Shown here piece by piece: positions 25,052 through 38,196 of a DNA stretch of 64,000 nt. The DNA is from Octopus vulgaris (taxonomy: Eukaryota). The DNA lies in assembly GCA_951406725.2 (NCBI GenBank), contig OX597824.1:32488001-32552000 (forward strand), given 5' to 3'. The notes beneath the pieces were generated by a model. It was given only the letters and a program-made list of their open reading frames with translations. It was not told where the DNA came from and searched no databases. The position numbers and the translations under genes were made by a program. Numbering within the stretch: position 1 is the stretch's first letter; the number at the start of each line of letters is the position of its first letter.

Positions 25052-25217
25052 CACTAGCATAGCTAGATGGGGTGGAGGGGGCGGTCCACTCCGGGTGGTA
25101 CTTTTCTGGGGGTGGCACTCTTTTGGGTCTGCTGTAGGCAATATGTATTTTTTGTGGGGGCTGAGGGGCAGCAAACTGAAGGGCTACCTGGCAGCACACA
25201 CTCTAGCTACACTACTA
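25052..25217. mobile_element. hAT-like MITE
   Basis: Imperfect TIRs CACTAGCATAGCTAGA / TCTAGCTACACTACTA; 8-bp flanks CTTGAGAC / CTTGAGGC. Confidence 0.65.
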
Positions 25218-25989
25218 CTTGAGGCAGTGCTTAACTTGGCCAAGAGTACCCATCTGAGCATGTTCTGTGCTGACAAGGAGATGGCAAATATCAAGAGCTG
25301 CTATAGAAGGCATTGAGTGTAAAAGGGTTTGGATCTTCTATGGAAAATAAAATATTCAAACTTGGTACAAAACATTTTCAAAGTAATTTGTCTTTGGATA
25401 AAAATATGAGAATATTGTGTTATCACTAAATAGACTGATAACGAATCAAGGTTCAATGTAATTTCATTATATAAGGTCTTGCTGTTTTTGGTAATTTTCA
25501 TAAGTATTTAACATGTAAATATCTAAAAAACAACAGGTGCTGGATGGGTTTGTTGAAGAAAACATGCATAATAAATCACTGCACAAAATTAGCTTTATCA
25601 TCATCATCATCATCATTGAATGTCTGTTTTCCATTCTGGCATAGACAAGATGGTTTGACAGGAGCCAATGAGTTAGAGGATGGCTCCAAGCTCAAATATC
25701 TGCTTTGGCATGGTTTCTGCATTTGGATGCCTTTCCCAGTTCCAACCACTTTACAGAGTGGACTGGGCATTTTTGTCTACATGACACCAACACCAATGAG
25801 GTTTCCAAATAACTTGCAAGACAAAATCTCTCAAATGAGATGAGGAGTAGTATAGAGGGAGGGGGGCTTTATACCTGGTGATGAGAAATTAAAGTATGAT
25901 AGAGATGAAGGAACAGGTGTCTCACTGCAAGAGAGATACATTCTACCCCTGTTGGAAAAGAGAGTGAAGATGGCAATGACGATGTGTTG

Positions 25990-26350
25990 AGGTGTTCTCT
26001 TCGGGGTATCACTGCATAGTGTCAAAAATCCCAACATTGCCATCAGAATACAGGACCAGATACTGCAACAGCTTGGGTTTCAAGGACCTACAACTCTTCA
26101 ATATCCTCTCAAAAATCCTGTGAGACCTGCATGGCATAGATGCAGGTGTTTTCAAAACAAAACTGGATCTCTTCCTATCAAGGGTTCCAGATGAGCCTAC
26201 CTCACAGCAGGAAAAACAGATGAGGGCAACAGCATCAAACTCCCTCATTCACCAAATTCCACATATTAGAGGAGGTTTCAAGTAGTGAAGGTATAGCAAA
26301 GCTAAAAGTGGTACCCCAACATGGCCACAACTCTCAAACTGAAACTAGTT
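25990..26350 (+). mobile_element. CR1/L2-like LINE 3' fragment
   Basis: Translates to ...LFNIL...GVFKTKLDLFLSRVPDEP, a typical LINE ORF2 C-terminus. Confidence 0.55.
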
Positions 26351-26736
26351 AAAGAGTTAAGTATTATGACACATCTACAACCTAGTCATTAGTATAATTT
26401 TATTACAGTGGCAGTTGAAGGGGAATTTTCTTTGAGACTTTATAGAGTACATCATAACTTTAACATTTACTTTTCCAGGCCTGCATAGGTCAGACAGAAT
26501 TTATAAGGCAGATTTTCTACAGGTAAATGGCCTTCCTGTTGCCAGCTCTCGCCTCTTTCCAAGCAAGATATCATTTCCTCATGACTAAACCTGTTTCCAC
26601 AGAAGATTAGGCATGAAGACACTGCTTGTATGACAGTGACATTCATTTACAACTATTGCACAATGTCAAGATAAGAAGACACAAACACACATATATACAT
26701 ACACACATACAGACATAAATGTGTGTGTGTATGCAT

Positions 26737-26768
<32 letters not shown>

Positions 26769-27495
26769 ACACACATATGATGAACTTCTGTCAATCAGAG
26801 CTGAGGAACATAGTTCAATAAGAGAGTGAACCGCCATGCAGTTGCTTGATTTGTCGGTAATAGAAGCTAAATATCTCTTAAATCATTCCCTACTTCCTTA
26901 AAAAGAACAGGACACATTGACTAGCATGGTCCAGAATAAAAGATGTGATGGTCACAGTTGGAATGTTTTTGATCATGTTTGTTTAATCAGGGTTACAGTA
27001 AGTCTAAGCAGCAACATCAACACCATCAACAACATCTATAACAACAACAACAACACTGAGACTATATCAACATTCTAATTACAATCAAGTGGTCAGCGGT
27101 ACAATACTTTAACCCTGTCAGTCTTGATTATTTTTTTTCCTTTCTTGCTACAATTAATTTTAATCCACCTTAGATTAATTTTTGCTGTGAGTTAATATAT
27201 TTACTTGTGTATAAGTTGTACTCCTAATTTAGTTATTAAAACTTGATGCAAAAAGTTTTTCCCCTTTGTTTTCAAAACAGTTTTAGCTTTCACCCTATGT
27301 ATAAGATGCAGCCCACTTTTCTTTTGTAAAGATCAAATATAAACTAGGAAAATTTATACACAGGCAAATAGGATACTTCTTTTATTGTATTTTTGTCATT
27401 ATCATCACTTCTTCTTCTTGTTTTGCCTTTGGAAACTGTATCCAAGTTTCAACTAGAGATGTCAATTATTATTAATATTATTATTATTATTATTA

Positions 27496-28205
27496 TCGCC
27501 TTTGCACAGCTTCTAACGCTGGAGATGTACTACAGTGTCAGCTGTTCACCACCAGTTAACTAAAGTGACACCTCTTATTTTTTGAGCACCTTCTGGAGTA
27601 TTCAAGTGGTTCCAAGCAGTGCGGTTTTCTGCAAGTGCTCCACCCTTATTGCAGCCCTTATTTGTTCCACGTACTTCTCAAGATTTTTGCTCACTGTCTC
27701 CAGGGCTCTGGCAATTATTGGTACTACTGCTTCCTTTTTCATCGACCACAACTGCTTAACTTCCTGAGCTAACCTGTCATATCTCTTGACTTTTCTTTCT
27801 TCCTTATTGCATACCTTGTTGTCAGCTGGGCATGCTATATCTATGATCCAGCATAGTTTGTTTTCTTTCTCAATTAAGACTGTGTCTGACTTCCTATTCT
27901 CTATCTCATGGTTGCACTGCATCATAAAATCCCAAAGGATCTTTGCATTTCTATTTTCAACAATGCCTTCAGGTTTATGGTCGTACCAATTTTTTGCTCT
28001 GTCAAGATCATACTTGTTGCAAAGTGTTCAATGGACAAGTCTGGCTATATTGTTGTGGCATCTCTTATATTCCTTCTGGGTTAGTGGCATACATTGGCTG
28101 GTAATATGCCATATGGTTTCACCATTTTGTCCACAGATTCTGCACTTATCACTTTCTGATGTGTTGTCTATTCTGTATTTTATGTAGTTTGTTCTAAGTG
28201 CTTGC
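27496..28205 (-). mobile_element. R4/Dong-like retrotransposon fragment (CCHC knuckle and restriction-like endonuclease) between (TAA)n tracts
   Basis: CRICGQNGETICHITSQC...KILWDF...NRKSDTVLIEKENKLCWIIDIACPAD...LQKTALLGT; overlaps ORF 27602..27925. Confidence 0.85.
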
Positions 28206-28821
28206 TATTATTATTATTATTAAGGAAATAAGTAGCAGAATAATTAGCATTCCAGAGGAAACACTTAGTGGAATTTGGTCTGTTTTTACATTCATCATCA
28301 TCATCATCATTGTCGTTTAATGTCTGCTTTCCATGCTAGCATGGGTTGGACGATTTGATGGAGGACTGGCGAACCAGATGGCTGAACCAGGCTCCAATCT
28401 TGATTTGGCAAAGTTTCTACAGCTGGATGCCCCTCCTAATGCCAACCACTCTGAGAGTGTAGGCCATTCTGCAGCCAAATTCTGCCGTGGTTGACTTTGC
28501 CTTTCATCCTTTTGGAAGTTGAAGAAATAGGCACCAGTATAGCACTGAGGTCGACAGAATTGACTAGCCCTTTCTCACCCACTTTCAGGCCTAGAGCCTA
28601 TAATAGAAAACATTAAGGTGGTGAGCTGGTAGAATTGTTAGCATGCCAGGCAAAATGTTTTGTGGAATTTCATCTGAATTAACATTCTGAGTTCAAATTC
28701 TGCCAAGGTTGACTTTGCTTTTCAGGGTCAACAAAATAAGTACCAGTTGTGCACTGGAGACAATATAATCGACTTACCACCACCCCTGAAATTACTGGCC
28801 TTGTGCCAAAATTTGAAATCC

Positions 28822-28869
<48 letters not shown>

Positions 28870-30557
28870 GTCCAAGGTCAACTTTGCCTTTCATCCTCTT
28901 GGGGTTGGTAAAATAAGTACCAATCAAAATAATTGACTAATCCCCTCCCTCAAACTTCAGGCCTTGTGCCTATTAAAGAAAGGATTATTATTATTTGTTA
29001 TTAGTTTGTTTTTTAACAAATGTTGTCCATTTTCCAATTTGATAAATTCTTATCTTAACAGTCTTTTCAGAAATTAAAAAAATTATTTTTGAAATGAGTT
29101 TGTTTTTAAGCTCAAAGTAATATTACATTTATCTTAAGTTTTAACATCCTACATTCAAAGAAAATAGTAACACATTTAAGAAAATTGGTCAAGTGAAATT
29201 GATTCAGTTCAATATTTTCGAGCACTTAATTAGTAATATTTAGCTCTTATTGCTGTAATTAGTTATCAATGTGACATTAAAAAATACTGAGAAATTAACA
29301 ATAATATGCAATGGAGAATTGGGTTAGAATCATACAACAAAAAACCTCATGCATTGCTGAAACAGAAGCAAACAATGACATAACCAAACAATAATTAAGG
29401 CAATGATGACTTCAGAAACTAAATGGAACAATGAAGATAATGAGAATTGATGAGCAGTCACAAAATATACAGCACTAAGAAATGGTAAAGAATTGGTTAA
29501 CATTACAAATAGATATTTAGAAAGGAATTTATCTTTTGTGGACCCCAAATCATCCTTAAATTTCTTTAAAGTAACCTTATGTGTTATAAAAAACAAATAA
29601 AACTTCTGCTTAAGACTTTAAATCAGAAAGACCTTTAAAATGGTTTGTTGAAAGTATGCTGAGAAAAGGAAGCTATCCATAAGAGATTCTAATTTTCATA
29701 GGATTTTGAAAAAAGCATAAAAATTAAAATGACATTAGTTGGTAGGCAGATTCTCAGCTTGTATCTGCCTACCAACAGATGTTGGTAACCAACAATGCAG
29801 CAATGCAGTAAGTTACTGTTTTCTCCTGATGAAAACTGTATAATAATGTTATAATGAATGAAACAGTATATAATGTTATAATGAATGTCTTAATAAAATT
29901 AAACAATGTCAGCTAATCCAACATTTCCTAGAATCCTGCCAAGGGGCGGGGTGTCAGTGAAGATTGAAAGTAAGATGGACAAATCATGATGCCTAATATA
30001 TTTGAGGTAGTTTTTAAAAATTGTCTGATATCATAGCAAAGCAAGCAGAATTATATAGAGGCAAAATCTGTTCTGCCCTTTCTTTAATAATCTTTTCTAC
30101 TCTAGGCACAAGGCCCAGAATTTTGGGGAAGGGGCCAGTCGATTAGATTGACCCCAGTATGCATCTGGTACTCAATTTATCAATCCCGAAAGGATGAAAG
30201 GCAAAGTCGACCATGGCAGAATGTGAACCCTCTCTTTAATAATGATAGGGGGTAGGGATATAAAAAAAAATACATTCACTAATACATTTTTTGTGGGGTT
30301 GGGGTAACTGGTATTTAGTGGGTTGAGAACCACTGAACTAAACAGCCACTCAATAAACATAAAATACACGTTGAATACCACCAATTTTAGAATTTATTTG
30401 CAGAAATGTAAAATTGAATTTTTAAAAAGAAAATTCTATAAATTAAAGTTATGGAATTAACATCATCTTCATGCTTGCCAGAAAAAAAAATCACATTTGT
30501 GTTTGACTATATTCTACACATATGTACAGGGTTACAAATAATTAAACAACATTATAT

Positions 30558-30601
<44 letters not shown>

Positions 30602-30705
30602 TACATAGCACATAACTAACCAAAAGATCACACACGTGACCAGGGTTACAATGATAAAGGTTCTACATTTTGCTATTGTTTTTATTTTCTAAACCAAGGA
30701 CTCAC

Positions 30706-30762
30706 ATTTCCTTAATGTTAACTCAGGGCCACCATTTATATGTCGTGGGAAGAAATCATCAG
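30706..30762 (-). CDS. RyR: Putative RyR DR2 cassette exon: (x)DDFFPRHINGGPELTLRK
   Basis: Strong pyrimidine tract ending ...TCTTTCTCCATCTCTAG, GTGAGT donor, 57 nt, phase 1-1, no stop. Confidence 0.72.
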
Positions 30763-31460
30763 CTAGAGATGGAGAAAGAGATGTAAAAAAAAAAAGAAAG
30801 ACAAGCAAAATGCAAATAATAATAATAGTAGTAATGATAATGATAATGATAATGATAATAGTAATAATAATGAAAACATTGATGCTTTGTTATTGAAAAA
30901 TTAATATCCAATAAACCAAAAGAGTCGTAGTTTGAAAGTGCAAGTGAAAGAGAATTCAATTAATCATGCAAGATTTTCATAGAGTTTAGGTTGAAAAAAA
31001 AAACACTGAAAAAAAAAATTCAATTTAATGAAAGCTTTCTTTGAAAATTGAATTATGTTTGCTTTTTAAATTAGTTTTACTTAATTTGAATACATTTCTT
31101 TTAATGATGGTAATTAGAAGAGATAAGTATTCATTTCAAGGTTTGAGTGTTCAAACAAACAACCTTAAAACTCATATTTATTTATCATGTTAGATGAATT
31201 GTCCTATAGTTTTCTCCTACATCTTTTAAAGCATTTGTATATTTTGTGACTAAATGAATTTGAATAATGAAAGGATCATTATGCCTATATGAAATACAAT
31301 GAAATATGTTTTAACATATATGTTTACACCAAGAATCTTGCAAACCAAGTACAAAAATGAATTACTTGAATAAGATATATATATCATAAACTCTACTTTG
31401 TTTGTATGTATGTATGTATGTATGTATGTATGTATGTATGTATGTATGCATGCATGTATG

Positions 31461-32505
31461 TCATTAGTCAGTTTATTTCAAGATTTCTTGCCAACAGAGA
31501 AAAGGCTCGTTTCTAACCTAGAATCAAGACTCCTTCATTGGAATTTCAACATCAACAGCAGGGTATTTTTTGTTTGTTTGTTTGTATGTATGTATGTATG
31601 TATGTATGTATGTATGTATGTATGTATGTATGTATGTATGTATGTATGTATGTATGTATGTATGTATGTGTGCAGATTTGTATGTTTTGCTTTATGTATG
31701 TATTCTCATGCATAAAGTTGCATATCTAGACATGCTCGTATATATCTAAATGAAAGTTTTACAGTTCTAGTGATGGATTGGCTATGTAGTTTTCGAATTA
31801 GTTTTCTTCTTTTTGGTTTCGAGAAGCTTAATTTCTCAAGATTGGTATTTAGGCAGTGTATTACATATCCCAATGCCCCAATAATTACGGGTATAAACCT
31901 GAACTTGTAATCTAGATAGAGTAACTTCAGATTTCTCAATAGTTCAGCGTAGGTGTTCTCTTTTTCACTGATCTTCAGCTTTATGTTAACATCTGCTGGG
32001 CAGCTAATTTCCACAGTTGTGTACAGCTTCTATTCTCTATCCCAAACCATTACATCAGATCTGTTGTGCTTACATTTTATTGAGGTCTTCACTGGGACAT
32101 TCCACCAGTACTCTTTTTTATTATGAGTGGCTGTGGCTTCTACCATACTGTGGGTTCTCATTTCTTTGTCCTCGGGGTTATCCTTTCAACAGATTTCATT
32201 ATGGAGTGTCCTAGCTACATCATGTCTCATCAGTAGATAATACCATGATGAAATTTTCAGACAACTGCTTATGATATGGGTGATATTTTCAGTGTTAACT
32301 CCACAAAGTCTGCATCAGAGTTCAAATTTTACTGCTTTCTTGCATCTCTATCCCTTTTGTGCATCAAGTGCTTGGTTGATATTTCCTGTTCCTGGATTGC
32401 AAACACATACCCTTCAAAGTGGGAGGTAGTAATTCGGCTATTGGTCCTTCATAAACTGCTTTGATGATCAATGTTACTATCATCTCGGAGCTTTCTACTT
32501 ACATA
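31461..32505 (-). mobile_element. RLE-type (R4-like) retrotransposon fragment between (CATA)n tracts; related piece at about 49680-49910
   Basis: EISCPADVNIKLKISEKENTYAELL...FIPVIIGALG, with an upstream FEGYVFAIQEQEI segment and a CCHC remnant; frameshifted. Confidence 0.8.
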
Positions 32506-33984
32506 TCCATGTATGTATGTATGTATGTACATATGTATGCATGTATGTATGCATGTATGTATATCTTTTTCTTTGAGATTTATTTAAGTCCTTAAAAGAG
32601 CTCGAGCTGGTCACTAAAAAAGCAACAAGACTATTTGAAGTTAGAAGGTTCCTGGTGTTTGTAAATATGTGGTAGAGTTGGTGTGTCATTTGAGCTGTCA
32701 CTGCACTTACCCATGTGTGCATCTATTCATCTGAAGAATCTATGTATGTATAAGTGTATGTATATATATGTATGTGTATATACACACACACACATGTGTG
32801 TGTGTGTGTTCATGCTTTTAAATACATAAGCACACATGTGTGTCTGTGTGTTTGTGCTTTTTGTATGTATCGTCATCATCATCATCATCGTTTTACTGGG
32901 GACTGGTGAGCCAGATGGCTGCATCAGGCTCCAATCTGATCTGGCAGAGTTTCTACAGCTGGATGCCCTTCCTAACACCAACCACTCTGAGAGTGTAGTG
33001 GGTGTGTTTATGTGCTTTTAGGTGGTACTGGCAACGGCCATGCTCAAATGGTGTTTTTATATGCCACCTACACAGGAGCCAGTCCAGCAGCACTGGCAAT
33101 GCCCTCACTTGAATGTTGTTTTTCTGTTTTTCATGTACCGCTGGCACAAGTGCCAGTAAGGCGACGCGGGTAACAATCCCATTCAAATGGTTCTTTCTAC
33201 GTGCCACCAACATGGTGCCAACAACTCGGATGGTGCTCTTAGCACTCCACTAGCATGGATGCCATTCATGCGGTGTTGTCACCGAATTTGATTTCGATTT
33301 CACTTGCCTCAACAGGTCTTTGTGAGCAGAGTTTAGTGTCCATTGAAAGAAAGGTATAACTAAGTGGGCTGGTTACGCCTCTGGCATAGGCCATGGGTTA
33401 TGATCTCATTGCCGGGTCTTCTCAAGCACAGCATATTTCCAAAGGTCTCGGTCGCTAGTCATTGCCTCGCTGAGGCCTAATGCTCAAATGTCGTGCTTCA
33501 TACAAGCATGTCTGTATATATGTGTGTGTTTATGATTAATTACTGACGCAGAATAGGAAAAAGCCAAAGTCACTTGTTTAAATGATATTTCCTTTTAAAT
33601 GATTGACGGAAAAAATATAACTTATAGCCCCACTCCTTATCATTACTGGAATATGTGGCTGAATATGGACAAAATGACAATACTATTTTATTATTTCCTC
33701 ATTGAAGAACACATTAAAGCTCTAGGAATGTCCTTGAAAAAATAATTCCAGTTATCAACAGTGCTACAAACTTTGTTGTTGATAAACATTACAATAAAAA
33801 TCAAACATTAAGTCTCAAGGATGGGAATCTAGAATGTTTGAAGAAGATGAAATACCAGGAAATTCCACAAAAACTGAATTTCAAACAGAAATATGCTTTT
33901 TATTAATGGCTTTCCCAAGATTTTAATTAACAAACTTTTAATGACATTCTATATGTGCATTTCAGTGAAATTGCATGTGTGAAA

Positions 33985-34360
33985 ATATGTCTACATTATA
34001 TATTTGCATAAATTTAATTGCACAAAGGTTAATTACAAAGTAAAATATGGTTCAAACTATATATTTCCATAAATTTAATTACACAAAATTTGATTACAAT
34101 GTGGAATATGGTCCACATTATATATTTCCATAAATTCAATTGCACAAAATTTAATTACAATGTGGAATATGGTTCACATTATATATTTGCATAAATTTAA
34201 TTGCACAAAAGTTAATTCCATTGTGGAATATGGTCCACATTATATATTTCCATAAATTTAATTGCACAAAAGTTAATTCCATTGTGGAATATGGTCCACA
34301 TTATATATTTCCATAAATTTAATTGCACAAAAGTTAATTCCATTGTGGAATATGGTCAAC
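33985..34360. repeat. 61-bp AT-rich minisatellite, about 6 units
   Basis: Unit CACATTATATATTTCCATAAATTTAATTGCACAAAAGTTAATTCCATTGTGGAATATGGTC; the last units are nearly identical. Confidence 0.92.
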
Positions 34361-35264
34361 ATTTTCTAGGAACATCCACAAACAAAAGAAACATGCTACA
34401 AGTCAGATACATCTACTGAAATAATAGAACTTCCTTCCAAATGACACACACACACAAACAGACCCACACATACACACACATACACACACACACACATATA
34501 ACACTGGTACAAAACACACGCATTCTCTTGAGGATTTCTGCTTCTATTCTTTATTGGGTTTTTTTTTAGTCCCAGATCAATCCCAGGTCAAGCTTTGATC
34601 AAGCAAAAATTATGGTTAAAACTGTTCCAGCTTTGACCATTTCTTCTTTTGCTTTGTTCTTCTGACATGAAACTTCCAGACATTTTTACAAGGAAGAAAG
34701 AATAGTTGATTATAAATTCTCCAGTACTTGATCGATACTTAGTTTACTTGACTTCAAAAATATGAAAGGCAAAGTTGACCTCAGTGGGATTTGAAATCAG
34801 AATGTAATGAAACCACATGATATTTTGTCTGGTGCACTAATGGTTCTGCCAATTCACTGAACACTACATGGACTAACAAGTCCTTTCTGCTTGAAGGCAG
34901 CAGGTTGTGAATTGAAGGAGATTTAGTTTCTATTTCTACCAGGCTGAGTGAACCACATAGAAGCCTCTAGTTTTGTACCAACATTAACTCTATACCACTA
35001 CTACTACTACCACTACCACTACCACTACTACTACTTATTTCTTTACTGCCCACAAGGGGCTACACACAGAGGGGACAAACAAGGACAGACAAATGGATTA
35101 AGTCAATTATACCGACCCCAGTGCGTAACAGGTACTTATTTAATTGACCCCGAAAGGATGAAAGGCAAAGTCGACCTCAGCAGAATTTGAACTCAGAACG
35201 TAGCGGTAGACGAAATAGCGCTAAGCATTTCGCCCGGTGTGCTAACATTTCTGCCAGCTCGCCG

Positions 35265-35291
35265 CTACTACTACTACTTCTACCCCTACTG

Positions 35292-35334
<43 letters not shown>

Positions 35335-35371
35335 CCACTACTACTACTACCCACTACTACTACTACCACTG

Positions 35372-35405
<34 letters not shown>

Positions 35406-35425
35406 TACTACTACTACTACTGCTG

Positions 35426-35481
<56 letters not shown>

Positions 35482-35515
35482 GCCACCACCACCACCACCA
35501 CCACTGCTGCTGCTA
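35265..35515. repeat. Compound (TAC)n/(CAC)n/(TGC)n microsatellite
   Basis: Seen directly; produces the poly-Y, poly-T and poly-L ORFs. Confidence 0.95.
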
Positions 35516-35779
35516 TGCAGAATTAAGGATGGTGCTGAAAGTGAGACTCAGTGTATTGTTTGCTACAATAGCTCTACAGGGACATATTTACACTTTGACA
35601 TCAATTAGGTACAACAACTTGATAAGTTACAGGGTTAACAAGCCACATAACAAGAGAATGTTTTTCACAGTAAAATGTCACACAAGCACATTTATTCTAT
35701 TTTCTGATAAAATAAAAGACACAGTCATATGTAATATTGGATCTTTGTTCTTTTTTATTCACTGAAATGGAAATCTTTC

Positions 35780-35963
35780 AAAAGTATTCATTTGATAAAA
35801 ATTTAAAAAAAACAACAAAAAAAAGCAGAATTTGTATTTCATTTTTTTTTTGTCTCAAAATTAATTTTCAGAAAGTATTCATTTGATAAGAATTAAAAAA
35901 AAACAACAACAAAAAAAAGCAGAATTTGTATTTCTTTTTTGTCTCAAAATTAATTTTCAGAAA
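35780..35963. repeat. Tandem duplication of about 91 bp (2 copies)
   Basis: AAAGTATTCATTTGATAA...GCAGAATTTGTATTTC...GTCTCAAAATTAATTTTCAG occurs twice in tandem. Confidence 0.88.
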
Positions 35964-36704
35964 TGTTTATTTTGATATTTACTTCAATTAAAATTCAATT
36001 TAAAGTAGATATGTATAACAACAGCGATGATAATGATTATGTTGATGAAGATGATGATGATGATGATGATGAGGTTTGAAGTTTGAAATCGACCTTGGTA
36101 TATGACTGGTAATTATTTTATCAACCACAGACGAACATAAAGCAAAACTAGCTCTGACAGGATTTGAACTTGTAACACACAGGGGGGATACACAATCATT
36201 CAGTACAGTACTCTGCTCTATATTCCGCTACTTCAGATCCCTGACAACAATAACAACAGCAACAACAACAACAACAATAATGGTTTCTGATTTAGTCATG
36301 AGGCCAACAATTTTGAGGTGGGGTGGGATCAGTGAATCCCACTGACCCCAGAAATTGATTGCTACTTTATTTTATTAATCCCCAAATAGATGTAAAGCAA
36401 AGATAACCTCAGCAGAATTTGAACTCAGAACACAAAGGATTAGAAGAAATACCTCAAAACATTCCTTTTGATACTAACAATTCTACTAGAGCACTGCCCA
36501 AGCAACAAGAATAATTCTTTCTGATTTTGGCACAAGGCCAGAAATTTATGGGGAGGGAATTAGTTGATTACTTCACCCCACCCCAAATGCTCAAATGGCA
36601 CCTATTTTATTGAACCTAAAAGGATTCAAAATCAGAACATAACTTACAAGAAATGCTGCTAAGCATTTTGCCCAACTTGCCAATGATTCTTTGAGCTTGT
36701 CTCC

Positions 36705-36761
<57 letters not shown>

Positions 36762-37576
36762 GACTCTCCTGTTGAAGACGACGTATGAGCATCCAGCTTT
36801 TGCCAAACGATCTGCATAAATGATTTGTTTATAGTGATCAAATGTTATCTCAATGTTGCCTGACTAGGTGCATGGTGTCCCACATGTGAGGTGTCAAAGT
36901 GGTCACAGAGCAACATGAAATGAAGTGTTTTGCTCAAGAATACAATGCATGGTCTAGGAATTGAAACCACAATTTTACAATTGTGAGTGCAACACCTTAA
37001 TCACTAGGCCATGCATGTGCCTAGTGGTTTCAAATTTTGGTACAAGACCAGCAATTTTGGGGTCGGGGTTTGTCAATGACATTGTCCCCAGAGTTCAACT
37101 GCTACTTATTTTTGTCAACGCTGGAAGGAAGCAGGGCAAAGGTGACCACGGTAAAATTTGGACTCAAAATATAAAGCTGGGTGAAATTCCACTAAGCATT
37201 TTGCCCAGTGTACTAAATATTCCATTAGCCTACCGCTTTAATAATAAAAGTAATAATAATTTCTTATATAGGTACAAAGCCAGAAATTTGAGGGGAGTGG
37301 GGTAATCAGCTAAATCAAGCCCAATACTTGAGTAGTTACCTTTTTTATTGACTTTGGAAGGATAAATGGCCAAGATGATCGTGAATCTAGAACATCCAGG
37401 ACCTTAGTTAAATGCCACAATATATTTCATATCATGGCTCTAATAAAATGAGTTCTAAAATGTTTACTCAAGGCATATTTTAGAGAAAGTAAATATATTT
37501 TGGTGCTTTTTTTCAAAAATGTATTATAAAAAGCATGTTATACTGTACTCCAGGGATAGAAACCTAAAGATATTTA

Positions 37577-38089
37577 CTGTAAATCTTCGAGTATAATCTG
37601 CATTTTTATCCCAAAATGTAAAGGTCAAAATCCCTAGTGCGTACTATATACGAGGTTAAAAAATGAAAATTATTTTCTAAGCAATGTCTGAGTCTCTATT
37701 TGCTGTCCGGCAATGCTTATTCAGATGCATTTTGTGATGTCGGGCACGAAAATACCTTAAGCTAAACCTGAAAGCAATGAAGTCATGAAAGAATCATCCA
37801 TAACTTGCAGTAAGCAACATTTATTAAACGTTATTACTGCTATTTCTTTATTTTCTGCAAACAAAATGTACAAAAAAGATACATGTTTGCATTATGTTAT
37901 ATATACAATAATAATAAAGAATGTTACCGTATACATTTTTACAAACCAAGGACATTATATAGATCTCTTTGACTCAAGTTAAAGAAGAGGTCCATAGTAT
38001 ACACAAAGTTTAGGTTTTTCAGAGGTACAGCCCCCTAAAAATCCCCTGCGTATTATACTCAAGGGCGGACTATACTCAAGGATTTATGG
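37577..38089. mobile_element. Tc1/mariner (pogo/Tigger-like) non-autonomous element
   Basis: TA|CTGTAAATCTTCGAGTATAATCTGC ... GCGGACTATACTCAAGGATTTATGG|TA: imperfect 25-bp TIRs with TA flanks. Confidence 0.7.
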
Positions 38090-38187
38090 TAATTAACCTT
38101 TGAATAAAGAGACGTTAACACTATATCTGGATGTACAGTATCTTTGTGACAATGCTCCACAAATAAGTTTCACCTACAAAAAATTAC

Positions 38188-38196
38188 CAAGCATTT
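38188..38196 (-). CDS. RyR: Candidate 9-nt RyR microexon AAATGCTTG (x-M-L)
   Basis: Long polypyrimidine tract, then TGCATAAAG acceptor; TTG|GTAATT donor; phase 1-1. Confidence 0.35.

Noticed and set aside
29330-29596. ORF with a protein-like stretch KVTLKKFKDDLGSTKDKFLSKY
   Set aside because: The available acceptor puts it in phase 0, incompatible with the phase-1 intron, and the phase-1 reading stops within a few codons.
33856-33873. 18-nt phase 1-1 AG...GT interval (x-FVEFP)
   Set aside because: Weak pyrimidine tract and weak donor; expected by chance in a 27-kb AT-rich intron.
35187-35765. Poly-L, poly-Y and poly-T ORFs, and the many YI/CV/HT-repeat ORFs elsewhere (e.g. 354-561, 45184-45872)
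   Set aside because: They are translations of microsatellites, not genes.
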